NCBI GenBank assembly: GCA_016933055.1
Contig: JAFGBS010000019.1
Span: forward strand, 120,001-152,000
DNA from: Promethearchaeota archaeon
GTDB taxonomy: Archaea > Asgardarchaeota > Lokiarchaeia > Sigyniarchaeales > Promethearchaeaceae
Direction: 5' to 3'
Length of the DNA: 32,000 nucleotides
Positions 9,424-18,095 of this stretch are shown one piece after another. How positions within the stretch are numbered: position 1 is the first letter of the stretch; every line of letters begins with the position of its first letter. A model generated the notes under the pieces. It made no database searches, was not told the DNA's origin, and was given only the letters and a program-made list of their open reading frames with translations. A program made the translations under genes and the position numbers.

Positions 9424-9855
9424 TTGAGTGAGTATTCTAAATTGTTGGAAGGAATAGAATCTATAGAAATTGCCGCAAAACATAAAGGATTAGCTAAATT
9501 GGGGGATGAGATAGTAAATATGGTCTATTCCCTTGGTGTATCATTATTTTTAACCCATCCGACGGGAGAAAAAGTCAATGCCAGTATTTTAGCTGAATCC
9601 ATGAAAAGATCCGGATTACGACATCTCGCAAAATCACGGGCGAATGCCCATTCTATTGCAGATAGCGCTGAAGCTATTATAGCATACGCTTTCTTACAGC
9701 AAAAAATAACAATATCAGAGTTAGTAGAGAAAATCCTTCATGGGATTGGAAAAAAGGATTATCCATGGCAAAACACTCAAATGAAGCGAGAAGCCGATAT
9801 TAACGCATTAACTGAATTATTGTTTTTCATTAAATCTCTATATTTTGCCGATTAA
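9424..9855 (+). CDS. Archaeal stand-alone ribonuclease III-like protein (no dsRBD)
   Basis: KGLAKLGDEIVN...PTGEKV...ADSAEAIIAYA matches from memory the small archaeal RNase III-like family; GD and DxxE acidic motifs present. Confidence 0.75.
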   Translation: MSEYSKLLEGIESIEIAAKHKGLAKLGDEIVNMVYSLGVSLFLTHPTGEKVNASILAESMKRSGLRHLAKSRANAHSIADSAEAIIAYAFLQQKITISELVEKILHGIGKKDYPWQNTQMKREADINALTELLFFIKSLYFAD

Positions 9856-9905
9856 GTATTATATTTTAAAGGGAAATACATCGTCTAATTGAGGATGATT
9901 ACAGA

Positions 9906-12035
9906 ATGAACCAACCGCTAGGGTATACTGGGAAAATATTATGGGTTGATCTAAGTACCAAAGAAATTCGTGAAGAATCGCCCGAGGAAAAGATCTATCG
10001 TTTTTATCTGGGAGGATATGGATTAGGTGTATATTATGTGTATAATCATATCAAACCCAGTTGTGATCCTTTAGGACCGGATAACATACTCGGTTTTTGT
10101 CCCGGACTGTTTACAGGAAGTGCTGCTCCCATGTCAGGAAGGTATGTTGTCTGCGCAAAAAGCCCATTAACTGGGAAAGGAATCCGGAAAGACGGTTCAA
10201 CAGGGACAGGGGGATGGGGGAATGCAAATTCTGGGGGTAAGTTTGGACCTGCTATACGAAGAGGAGGCTTTGATGGTATATTTTTTAAGGGAGTATCAAA
10301 ACAACCAGTATATTTATTGATTCATAATAATTCTATTACTATCGAACATGCAGATGAAATATGGGGCAAAGATTGTGTAGAATCTGAGGAATTTCTTAAA
10401 AATAAGCACGGAAAAACATGTGAGGTTGCTTCCATAGGTCCAGCAGGAGAAAATTTAAGTTTAGTTTCGGGAATTGTTACGGATGAAGGTCGTATTGCAG
10501 CTCGTAGTGGATTAGGGGCAGTAATGGGATCCAAAAAACTGAAGGCAGTTTGTATTTCAGGCAAAACTCAAATGCACTATTATGATAAAAAACGAATGCT
10601 TGAAATGGCCAAAGCATATGGAAAAACGATCCAATCTTATGTCAAGAGTAAAATAATGAATAAGTTCATTCCCATGTTAGATTACATAACACCGCTATCT
10701 AGAATCTTGAATATCGATATGCAAAGTGCGGGGGGGTCGGGAGAAAGTTTAGCAAGAATGACAACGGTAGGTCTTGGTGGATCGGGTCTGGGTACAACTA
10801 TATCTAATGTAATGAGCTCTCAATCCGGAGATTCCCCGGTTAAAAATTTTAAAGGAGTCGGACATAAAGACTTTCCCATGAAAAAGGCTATGAAATTACG
10901 AGGAAAACGCGTGAAATCTTTTATGAAAAAGCGATATGGATGTTTTGCCTGTCCTGTACGATGCGGTGCCATTTTAGAATATGAGGGGTTACCATATTCA
11001 AAAAAAACGACCCACCGTCCCGAATATGAAACCACAAGTTCGTTTGGGTCGTTGATTTTATGTGATGATTTAGATGCATTATTCAAAATCAACGAATTTT
11101 TAAATCGAGTTGGTATGGATTCCATCTCTGCAGGGAACATTGTTGCTTATGTGATGGAATGCGTAGAGAAACATATATTAAATCAACAAGATTTCAAATG
11201 TTCAAAATATTCTGAAGGATTTTTACCCACATGGGGGGACTCCGATGCAGTATTATCATTATTGGAATTGATCGTAAACAGAGAAGGAATTGGTGATACA
11301 TTAGCGGACGGTACCTTATTAGCTTCGAAAAAGATTGCAGGGACATCGGAATTTGTTATGCATTGTAATGGACAAGAATTACCTATGCATGACCCTCGCT
11401 ACAATCCCAGCATCGGATTGACTTATATTACAGACCCTACGCCCGGTAGGCATACAGCAGGAACAATGGATACCGAAGGGGGTTTGGGATTGAATTATTT
11501 CATTAAAGAAATTGATTTCGAAAATTCCAAGGATCCCGAAGAAAAAGCCAGTTTATCAGCAAAAGTGGTACAATTCCATCAAGTATACGAAGCACTAGGA
11601 ATTTGCATGTTTGCAGTCAATTTCGCTCAATATCCGTTACTTGAATTCATTCAATCCGCTACGGGATGGGAAATAACTCCATCCGAAATACTGAATATTG
11701 GACATCGCATTCAAACCCTACGACAAATGTTTAATGCCAGAGAAGGAGCGATCCGACATGAAATTAGCCAACGGGTTATCGGAAATCCTCCTCTCACTAA
11801 AGGTCCAACAAAAAAAGTAAGCTTGGATTTGGAGATAATGGCACAATCCTATTATGAAGAAATGGGTTATGCTAAAGATGGACTCCCCTTAGAAGAAACC
11901 TTGAGAAACTTAAAATTGGATTTCTGTATACCTGATTTAGCAATATCTGAAGGTACTGCCAAACCATTAGTAAATCAATGGTTGGAGAAAGAAGGAAAAA
12001 CCGCCTATTTCGGAAAAAGATATAAAAAAGAATAA
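9906..12035 (+). CDS. aor: Aldehyde:ferredoxin oxidoreductase family (tungsten/molybdopterin, 4Fe-4S)
   Basis: GYTGKILWVDLS, KSPLTG, SIGPAGENL, AARSGLGAVMGSKKLKA, CFACPVRC, EYE, GMDSIS, ELPMHDPR, GICMF. Confidence 0.95.
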   Translation: MNQPLGYTGKILWVDLSTKEIREESPEEKIYRFYLGGYGLGVYYVYNHIKPSCDPLGPDNILGFCPGLFTGSAAPMSGRYVVCAKSPLTGKGIRKDGSTGTGGWGNANSGGKFGPAIRRGGFDGIFFKGVSKQPVYLLIHNNSITIEHADEIWGKDCVESEEFLKNKHGKTCEVASIGPAGENLSLVSGIVTDEGRIAARSGLGAVMGSKKLKAVCISGKTQMHYYDKKRMLEMAKAYGKTIQSYVKSKIMNKFIPMLDYITPLSRILNIDMQSAGGSGESLARMTTVGLGGSGLGTTISNVMSSQSGDSPVKNFKGVGHKDFPMKKAMKLRGKRVKSFMKKRYGCFACPVRCGAILEYEGLPYSKKTTHRPEYETTSSFGSLILCDDLDALFKINEFLNRVGMDSISAGNIVAYVMECVEKHILNQQDFKCSKYSEGFLPTWGDSDAVLSLLELIVNREGIGDTLADGTLLASKKIAGTSEFVMHCNGQELPMHDPRYNPSIGLTYITDPTPGRHTAGTMDTEGGLGLNYFIKEIDFENSKDPEEKASLSAKVVQFHQVYEALGICMFAVNFAQYPLLEFIQSATGWEITPSEILNIGHRIQTLRQMFNAREGAIRHEISQRVIGNPPLTKGPTKKVSLDLEIMAQSYYEEMGYAKDGLPLEETLRNLKLDFCIPDLAISEGTAKPLVNQWLEKEGKTAYFGKRYKKE

Positions 12036-12111
12036 AAACGGTATCACGCGTGTGGAATATCCCAAATAAGGCAGTAAATTATTTTCCAACAGGTATTTAA
12101 CGACAATTCTC

Positions 12112-13518
12112 CTATTTCCTTTCCTTTAGAACACGATACGCTTCCCAAATGGAATTAAATCCGATATCTTCTCCCCATCCATATGCTGAAACATAATCTC
12201 CTATTAAAAAACAATTATCTATTCCCGGAATCTGGGTTTTGGGTCGAATATCTTTGTATTGGGTTGTGCTAATGAATGTATTATCTACCAGTTCATGTAC
12301 TTTAACCCGTTCAAATTCAAGATTTTCCTTAAGTTTCGGATACATGGAATAAATTCTGTCTTTTAATTCCGTTATTCGTTTATCCAAAAAGTCCGAATCT
12401 TTAATGTTATCGGGATGTACTGGGGAGAACACCGTAAAGAGGAGTTTACCAGGCGGTGCAACTGAATCTTCCACGTTAGAGAGAAAAATACCGTATGCAT
12501 CCGGATTTTCAATATACAATAAACTGCGACCTTTATAGGGACGATTAGATACTGCAATATCCATCGAAATGCCAGAAATTGGTAACAATTTATCGATGAA
12601 ATTTCTGATTTCTGGATCCAATAGGTTTTCATTTTCTTGCTCAAATAATCGAGGTATACGTTTCGGTGGTAAGGCTAAAACGAAATTTCTCGCTTGATAT
12701 TTGCCCTTGTCCGTGATTAACACTCTGCCTTCAATGCGATTTTCATCATTTTCTTCAAATAGAATTTGTTTGGATTCGCATTCCAACAGTATTTTTCCAT
12801 TCCGTTGAATCACTTCCACAAACCGATCGATGATCGTTTGCCAACCTCCTTCCGGATACCCGAATAAGACCGGTTGCTTGGAACTCCATTTTATCGCCCG
12901 TAAAACTTCTCCTGCAGACACCAGATCTGGGTAAGGGCAATACATGAGAGCTCCTGCAGCCAGTTTTAAATAATGAGCAGAGGTCTCATTCATTTTTTTA
13001 CTTTCGTTAAATTCTTGAAGAGATTTATCACACATATCTTCATAAGTGCATTTAAACCCGCTTGTGAAAATCCGAATGAGTTTCCATACTCCAAAATAGT
13101 CGCTTTTGCGCATCTGATTAATATTTCGGGGTACTGAGATCCATCCTTGCTTAAAATACTTCAATTTGGATTGTTCATAAAGATTCGGTTTTAGTTTTTT
13201 GGTTTCTTCCTTACCTAGATATAAATGATAATGACGGATCGGATGAATCATAATTCTTCTGTAATTTTCATGTTTCATAGCGCGTAAAACATCATTTAAG
13301 GGATTCTTCCATCCAAACTTCAACAAATGATAAGGCTTTTCATCCAAAATGAACCCCTTTTTCTGGGTAGTTCGTGACCGCCCTCCGACTTCAGATTCTT
13401 TTTCTACTAATAAAACACGAGACCCCTCAAATGAGAGTAATGCTGCCATTCCAAGTCCAGTTAAGCCTCCTCCGATTACAATATAATCCCACACTTCATC
13501 AGATTCTGCATTATCCAC
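12112..13518 (-). CDS. FAD-dependent oxidoreductase, phytoene desaturase/amine oxidase superfamily
   Basis: IVIGGGLTGL...VLLVEK...VGGR dinucleotide-binding motif, YPEGGWQ, C-terminal FLIGD; substrate unknown. Confidence 0.85.
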   Translation of the reverse strand: MDNAESDEVWDYIVIGGGLTGLGMAALLSFEGSRVLLVEKESEVGGRSRTTQKKGFILDEKPYHLLKFGWKNPLNDVLRAMKHENYRRIMIHPIRHYHLYLGKEETKKLKPNLYEQSKLKYFKQGWISVPRNINQMRKSDYFGVWKLIRIFTSGFKCTYEDMCDKSLQEFNESKKMNETSAHYLKLAAGALMYCPYPDLVSAGEVLRAIKWSSKQPVLFGYPEGGWQTIIDRFVEVIQRNGKILLECESKQILFEENDENRIEGRVLITDKGKYQARNFVLALPPKRIPRLFEQENENLLDPEIRNFIDKLLPISGISMDIAVSNRPYKGRSLLYIENPDAYGIFLSNVEDSVAPPGKLLFTVFSPVHPDNIKDSDFLDKRITELKDRIYSMYPKLKENLEFERVKVHELVDNTFISTTQYKDIRPKTQIPGIDNCFLIGDYVSAYGWGEDIGFNSIWEAYRVLKERK

Positions 13519-13740
13519 GATAATCGCCTTGGTTTTTTACGAAATTGAAAACAACAATCCTTACTTAATTGTAGGTTCTTTGGATTTATATATATGAGGT
13601 TCTTTTGGGTGATGGGAGTGCAATGGGAGAAAAGTAAACTGAAGTGTACACCTTGAGATGGATCCTAAAATTGTGACCTTAAAAGAATGTCGTATGGTTG
13701 TGCACTGAAGAGAAAAAAGAATTGAAAAAAATGATGTATT

Positions 13741-15045
13741 TTATGTTCTTATTCCAAGAACTACGCCGACTGCTACTGTTCTACCCATATCTCGAACAGC
13801 AATTCTTCCAAGCTCCGGAAAGTCCTTGAAATTCTCAATACACGCTTTCTTAATGGGAGAGAGTTTGACTACTGCTGCATCATTCTTCTTTAAGAATTGT
13901 GGATTTTCTTCGGTTACTTGGTTCGTTCGTGGATCTAATTTTTTAGATAATTCCACGAATTTGAATGCAATTTGTAAGGTATGGGAATGCACAACAGGAG
14001 TATATCCCAATGCAATAGCGGTGGGGTGGAAGATTACAATAATCTGTGCTGTTATATTCTCGCCCGGGTTAACAACGTTGCATGGTTTACCCGCATGACT
14101 AACAACATCTCCTCGATGGAAATCTTTAATGGTAGCGCCTCGGACATTAAATCCTATGTTATCACCCGGAATTGCTTCGTTCTGACTTTCATGATGCATT
14201 TCAATAGAACGGACTTCACCAACGAAACCTCCCGGATTGACCATTACTTTATCTCCCACTTTCATAACACCTGTTTCAACACGACCAACTGGTACAACTC
14301 CTGCACCCTTGATTTTATATACATCTTGAACGGGGAGACGAAGTTCTTTATCCGTTGGTTTTTCAGGAACAGAAAACTTGTCTAAAGCTTCCATTAAGGT
14401 TGGTCCTTTATACCAATCCATTTTAGAGGAGCGTTCCACTAAATTGTCACCCTCAAGGGCTGATACTGGTACAAAATTAATGTCATCCGTTTTGTAACCA
14501 ACAATTTTCAGTAGATTTTTGGTCTCTGCAACGACTTCATTATATCTGTCTTCTTTATACCCCCATGAGTTGTCATCTGCTTTATTAACAGCAACGACAA
14601 GCTGTTTGACACCAAGTGTTTTAGCAAGGAAGGCATGCTCTCTTGTTTGACCGATATCACCGATTCCAGATTCAAATTCACCTTTTTTACCTGAAACTAC
14701 GAGGATGGCTGCATCTGCTTGTGAAGCCCCGGTAATCATATTCTTAACGAAGTCCGCATGACCGGGAGCATCAATGATTGTGAAATAATAATTTCCGGTT
14801 TCGAACTTTCTAAAAGTGAGGTCAATTGTAATACCACGTTTACGTTCCTCTTGTAGGGCATCGAAAAAGAATGCATACTTCCAAGATTCACGGTCAAGGT
14901 CTTTTGCAAGCTTCTCCAATTCTCTTGCTTCACGGTCTGTAACGGCTCCAGCCGAAACAAGAACATGACCCATTAGCGTGCTTTTTCCATGGTCAATGTG
15001 ACCAATGACCACCAGATTCATGTGTGGCTTATCTTTTTTAGACAT
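13741..15045 (-). CDS. tuf: Translation elongation factor EF-1alpha
   Basis: GHIDHGKST, ERKRGITID, DAPGHADFVKNMITGASQADAA, GQTREH, NKAD, LRLPVQDVYKI, GRVETG, PGDNIGFNV, LGRIAVRDMGRTVAVG. Confidence 0.97.
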   Translation of the reverse strand: MSKKDKPHMNLVVIGHIDHGKSTLMGHVLVSAGAVTDREARELEKLAKDLDRESWKYAFFFDALQEERKRGITIDLTFRKFETGNYYFTIIDAPGHADFVKNMITGASQADAAILVVSGKKGEFESGIGDIGQTREHAFLAKTLGVKQLVVAVNKADDNSWGYKEDRYNEVVAETKNLLKIVGYKTDDINFVPVSALEGDNLVERSSKMDWYKGPTLMEALDKFSVPEKPTDKELRLPVQDVYKIKGAGVVPVGRVETGVMKVGDKVMVNPGGFVGEVRSIEMHHESQNEAIPGDNIGFNVRGATIKDFHRGDVVSHAGKPCNVVNPGENITAQIIVIFHPTAIALGYTPVVHSHTLQIAFKFVELSKKLDPRTNQVTEENPQFLKKNDAAVVKLSPIKKACIENFKDFPELGRIAVRDMGRTVAVGVVLGIRT

Positions 15046-15050
15046 ATTAA

Positions 15051-15137
15051 CACCAATAACTACGTTAATGTAATTTATTCTTTAGTCTAGAGTGACTATT
15101 ACCCTTTTTCTATACATGCTTTTTTAATAAATTTTCG
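15051..15137 (-). promoter_or_regulatory. Probable tuf promoter (BRE CGAAAA 15137-15132, TATA TTTATTAA 15131-15124) and SD-like GGTG (15054-15051)
   Basis: Minus strand reads CGAAAATTTATTAAAAAAG about 80-90 nt upstream of the ATG; GGTG lies 5 nt before the ATG. Confidence 0.6.
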
Positions 15138-15274
15138 AAATCTCACGATACAAATCGCTAATTTTCAGCTTTGGGTAACTATTAGCTAGCACGATCTCTA
15201 ATAAAGTTGTAGGTATAAAATTGAATTTTAATTACTTCCACAACCGTCAAAATAGAATAAAGCAGACAAAATCC

Positions 15275-15733
15275 TTAATATCGATTCAATCGTTGTAGAA
15301 CCGCATTTAATCTGGAAAGGTCAATTTTATTATGGTGATAGATTCGAACGGGAACAATAGCACGAGGGCGGATGCGGTCTCGCAACACAAATTCATTACC
15401 ACATCGGGGTTTAGGAATCATTAAATCGGGATTAAACACACGCACGATGTGAATATAAAGAGTAATATAACCTCCGTGTTGTAGACATTTCTGAACATGT
15501 CGACATTGCTTATTGCGAATTTTTCCGATTGTCCAATCAATCCATACCTTGATTTCCCGTCGGGGACATAAAAAAACTAGTGCTTGATTCCGATCCTCCT
15601 CAGAATCGTAACAATAGGTAGTTCGATAGGGTTGTAAGAACTTCCGTGGTTGTGTAGATATATGGAATAAGTAGGAATACAGTTTAGATTTCTTGGTTTT
15701 TCTCTTTCGAGTGTGTTTCTTTTTGTGGGACAT
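15275..15733 (-). CDS. Basic hypothetical protein, putative ADP-ribosyltransferase-like fold; start ATG 15733 (ORF track starts 15763)
   Basis: K/R-rich N-terminus, then LFHIS...LQP...VFLC...YIHIVRV...NEFVLRDRIRPRAIV, an ART-fold-like strand pattern judged by eye. Confidence 0.45.
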   Translation of the reverse strand: MSHKKKHTRKRKTKKSKLYSYLFHISTQPRKFLQPYRTTYCYDSEEDRNQALVFLCPRREIKVWIDWTIGKIRNKQCRHVQKCLQHGGYITLYIHIVRVFNPDLMIPKPRCGNEFVLRDRIRPRAIVPVRIYHHNKIDLSRLNAVLQRLNRY

Positions 15734-15911
15734 ACGTGAAGAGTCCCCAAGATAACAGAACAAAAACAGCCATTATTCAAATAATAGGCATCTTCTGATT
15801 AAAAACTACGTATTAGAACACCAATTCTCCGTTAATTTTTAATTTTATAAAACAACCAAGAGGAAATTACTTATTTTCTCTTTTCTTTATGGTAGTACCG
15901 AGGGATCAGAC

Positions 15912-16817
15912 ATGCTTACACAATTGCATTTACTCTTGACTTATACGTGTAATTATGAATGTGATCATTGCTTTTTATATTGCAATCCCAGTTCCAAGGG
16001 CACATTTACCTTAAAACAAATTCGTCACATATTAGATGAAGCATTTAAGATAAAAACCATCGAATGGATATATTTTGAGGGTGGTGAACCTTTTTTATAT
16101 TACCCATTGCTGGTAGAAGGAGTAAAACTGGCGAGGGACTACGGATTTAAGGTAGGAATTGTTACAAATTCATATTGGGCAACAAATGAGGAAGATGCTG
16201 AGCTTTGGCTACATAATATCGCAAAAAGTGGCGTTACGGCAATGGAAATCAGTAATGATGATTTCCATTTCGTTGACGATGATAGAAACCTTCCCATAAT
16301 TGCTCAAAAAGTAGCGGAAAAACTGAGAATACCCTCAATAAGTACTATTACGATTGATAAACCTGAGATTGATTTGCATTCTAAGGAAGCAAAAAATAAA
16401 GGGAGTGCCATTATGAAAGGAGGAGCAGTATTCCGCGGACGGGCAGTAGAAAAACTTATATTTGGATTACCAACTCGCCCGTGGGAAACTTTAAATGAAT
16501 GTCCGTATGAAGACTTAGAAGGATTAGGGCGAGTTCATTTGGATTCTTTCGGAAATGTGCAAATCTGTCAAGGATTAAGTATCGGAAATTTTCTCGAAAC
16601 TCCCTTAAACGAGATAATCAGGGATTATGATCCGCGTAAGCACCCTATTTGTGGTCCGCTACTTGAGGGGGGTCCCGCGCAACTGGTCAGACAATACCAT
16701 TTAGACCATGAATCGGAGTATGTGGATGAATGTCATTTATGCTACCTTATGCGAAAAAGTCTGATTGATAAATTTCCCAAATTCCTTACCCCGAGACAAG
16801 TTTATGGTCTCGAGTGA
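15912..16817 (+). CDS. Radical SAM protein of unknown function
   Basis: CNYECDHC (CxxxCxxC), FEGGEPFL, VTNSYWA, extra C-terminal Cys (CPYE, ICQG, PIC, ECHLC). Confidence 0.9.
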   Translation: MLTQLHLLLTYTCNYECDHCFLYCNPSSKGTFTLKQIRHILDEAFKIKTIEWIYFEGGEPFLYYPLLVEGVKLARDYGFKVGIVTNSYWATNEEDAELWLHNIAKSGVTAMEISNDDFHFVDDDRNLPIIAQKVAEKLRIPSISTITIDKPEIDLHSKEAKNKGSAIMKGGAVFRGRAVEKLIFGLPTRPWETLNECPYEDLEGLGRVHLDSFGNVQICQGLSIGNFLETPLNEIIRDYDPRKHPICGPLLEGGPAQLVRQYHLDHESEYVDECHLCYLMRKSLIDKFPKFLTPRQVYGLE

Positions 16818-18022
16818 TTGTTCTGATTTGTGGTTTGCAATTGCAAATTTAGATTACTCTTTGGTTTAGTTAAGATTAATGTGATTGATGCGCATATAGT
16901 AAAACCACTCAGAATAAGCACTGTCGGATGAATTCCGAAGATATCAGTAATATATCCCCCAAATATATACAGTATTGATAATATAAATTCTTGGACCATC
17001 ATTAAAATAGATAAAATTGTAGCTCGGATCTGAGATTTCGCATATTTATTGATATAAGTATCAGCGAACACCCATCGGAAATCTCGAGAGATATACAATA
17101 CAATAACTACGAGTATAATGCTTGGAACTCGAAATAGACCCATAAGGAGCAATCCCAGGGAATGGACAGTGACAATAAATAGGAAGGATCCCGTTTCTCC
17201 TAACAGCTTCTCAATTCGGTGAGATTGTGAAGCAGTCAAGCTGGCTAGTCCATAAATTATAGGGAAAATGAATTTAAATGACTCTTCCCGAAATCCAATT
17301 TCAAGGAGGTATGCTTGAGAAAACACATCATTATAAATTGAAAGGGGCACATTCATCGCAATAATGAACATAATACCCCATAATACATGTTTTTCATGGA
17401 GGGTAAATTTAACTCCCCTTTCTATTTTTTTTATATAATTCTTAAATGTGTAATCCAGTTTTTGCTTTTCTGGTTCCTCCATAGTGATAATGACCCCACT
17501 TGACAGGATCCATAATCCTCCCATGAGACACCATGGAAGACGCGGATTAACAGAGAATAAGATTGGTCCCAAGAAACCACTTATCACAAGTGAAACCACA
17601 CTAAAAATGTTTGCACGACCAGATATTTTTAAATATTCTTCCTCTCGACCAATCTGAATGACCGAATCGTACATCATGGCACCTCGTGCGTTAAATAGGA
17701 ATGAATCTCCAATTGCCCAAAATATATATCCCAAGATAAAAATCCCATAACTGCTACTAAGACCTATAATAATCATGCTAAATCCTGTAAACAAAGTACC
17801 TAACAAAACACTGACCTTTCTACTAATTAGGTCACTAAATGCTCCGCAAGGAATTGTTAAAATAAAAAGTAAGGCTGCAGCAATACTTTCTAAGGACCCC
17901 AGTTGAGTGAATGAGATCCCAAATATTTGGAAATATAGGATAAATATTGGGAGAATGAACCACCATCCTTGGATAAATAAAAGCAGGTAGTTCTTCCAAA
18001 TATTATCCTTTAGATTGGGCAT
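16802..18022 (-). CDS. MFS transporter
   Basis: About 12 TM segments, loop motif GAFSDLISRK, EEYLKISGR. Confidence 0.9.
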   Translation of the reverse strand: MPNLKDNIWKNYLLLFIQGWWFILPIFILYFQIFGISFTQLGSLESIAAALLFILTIPCGAFSDLISRKVSVLLGTLFTGFSMIIIGLSSSYGIFILGYIFWAIGDSFLFNARGAMMYDSVIQIGREEEYLKISGRANIFSVVSLVISGFLGPILFSVNPRLPWCLMGGLWILSSGVIITMEEPEKQKLDYTFKNYIKKIERGVKFTLHEKHVLWGIMFIIAMNVPLSIYNDVFSQAYLLEIGFREESFKFIFPIIYGLASLTASQSHRIEKLLGETGSFLFIVTVHSLGLLLMGLFRVPSIILVVIVLYISRDFRWVFADTYINKYAKSQIRATILSILMMVQEFILSILYIFGGYITDIFGIHPTVLILSGFTICASITLILTKPKSNLNLQLQTTNQNNHSRP

Positions 18023-18065
18023 TTTTCTAGGATTAATGGAGAAAGGGATGCTTTAAAACACTCGG

Positions 18066-18095
18066 AAAAAAGGAATAAAAAATAAAAAATAAAAA
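18066..18095 (-). terminator. Oligo-T tract terminator after the hydrolase gene
   Basis: Minus strand directly after TAA reads TTTTTATTTTTTATTTTTTATTCCTTTTTT. Confidence 0.55.

Noticed and set aside
12112-13518. Resemblance of the FAD oxidoreductase N-terminus to RabGDI/REP
   Set aside because: Shared fold only; the intact GxGxxG, GGR and C-terminal GD motifs indicate an ordinary flavoenzyme.
8130-16830. Selenocysteine or pyrrolysine read-through at TGA/TAG stops (csl4, radical SAM)
   Set aside because: The proteins are complete at their stops, read-through enters neighbouring genes, and no SECIS-like element was recognised.
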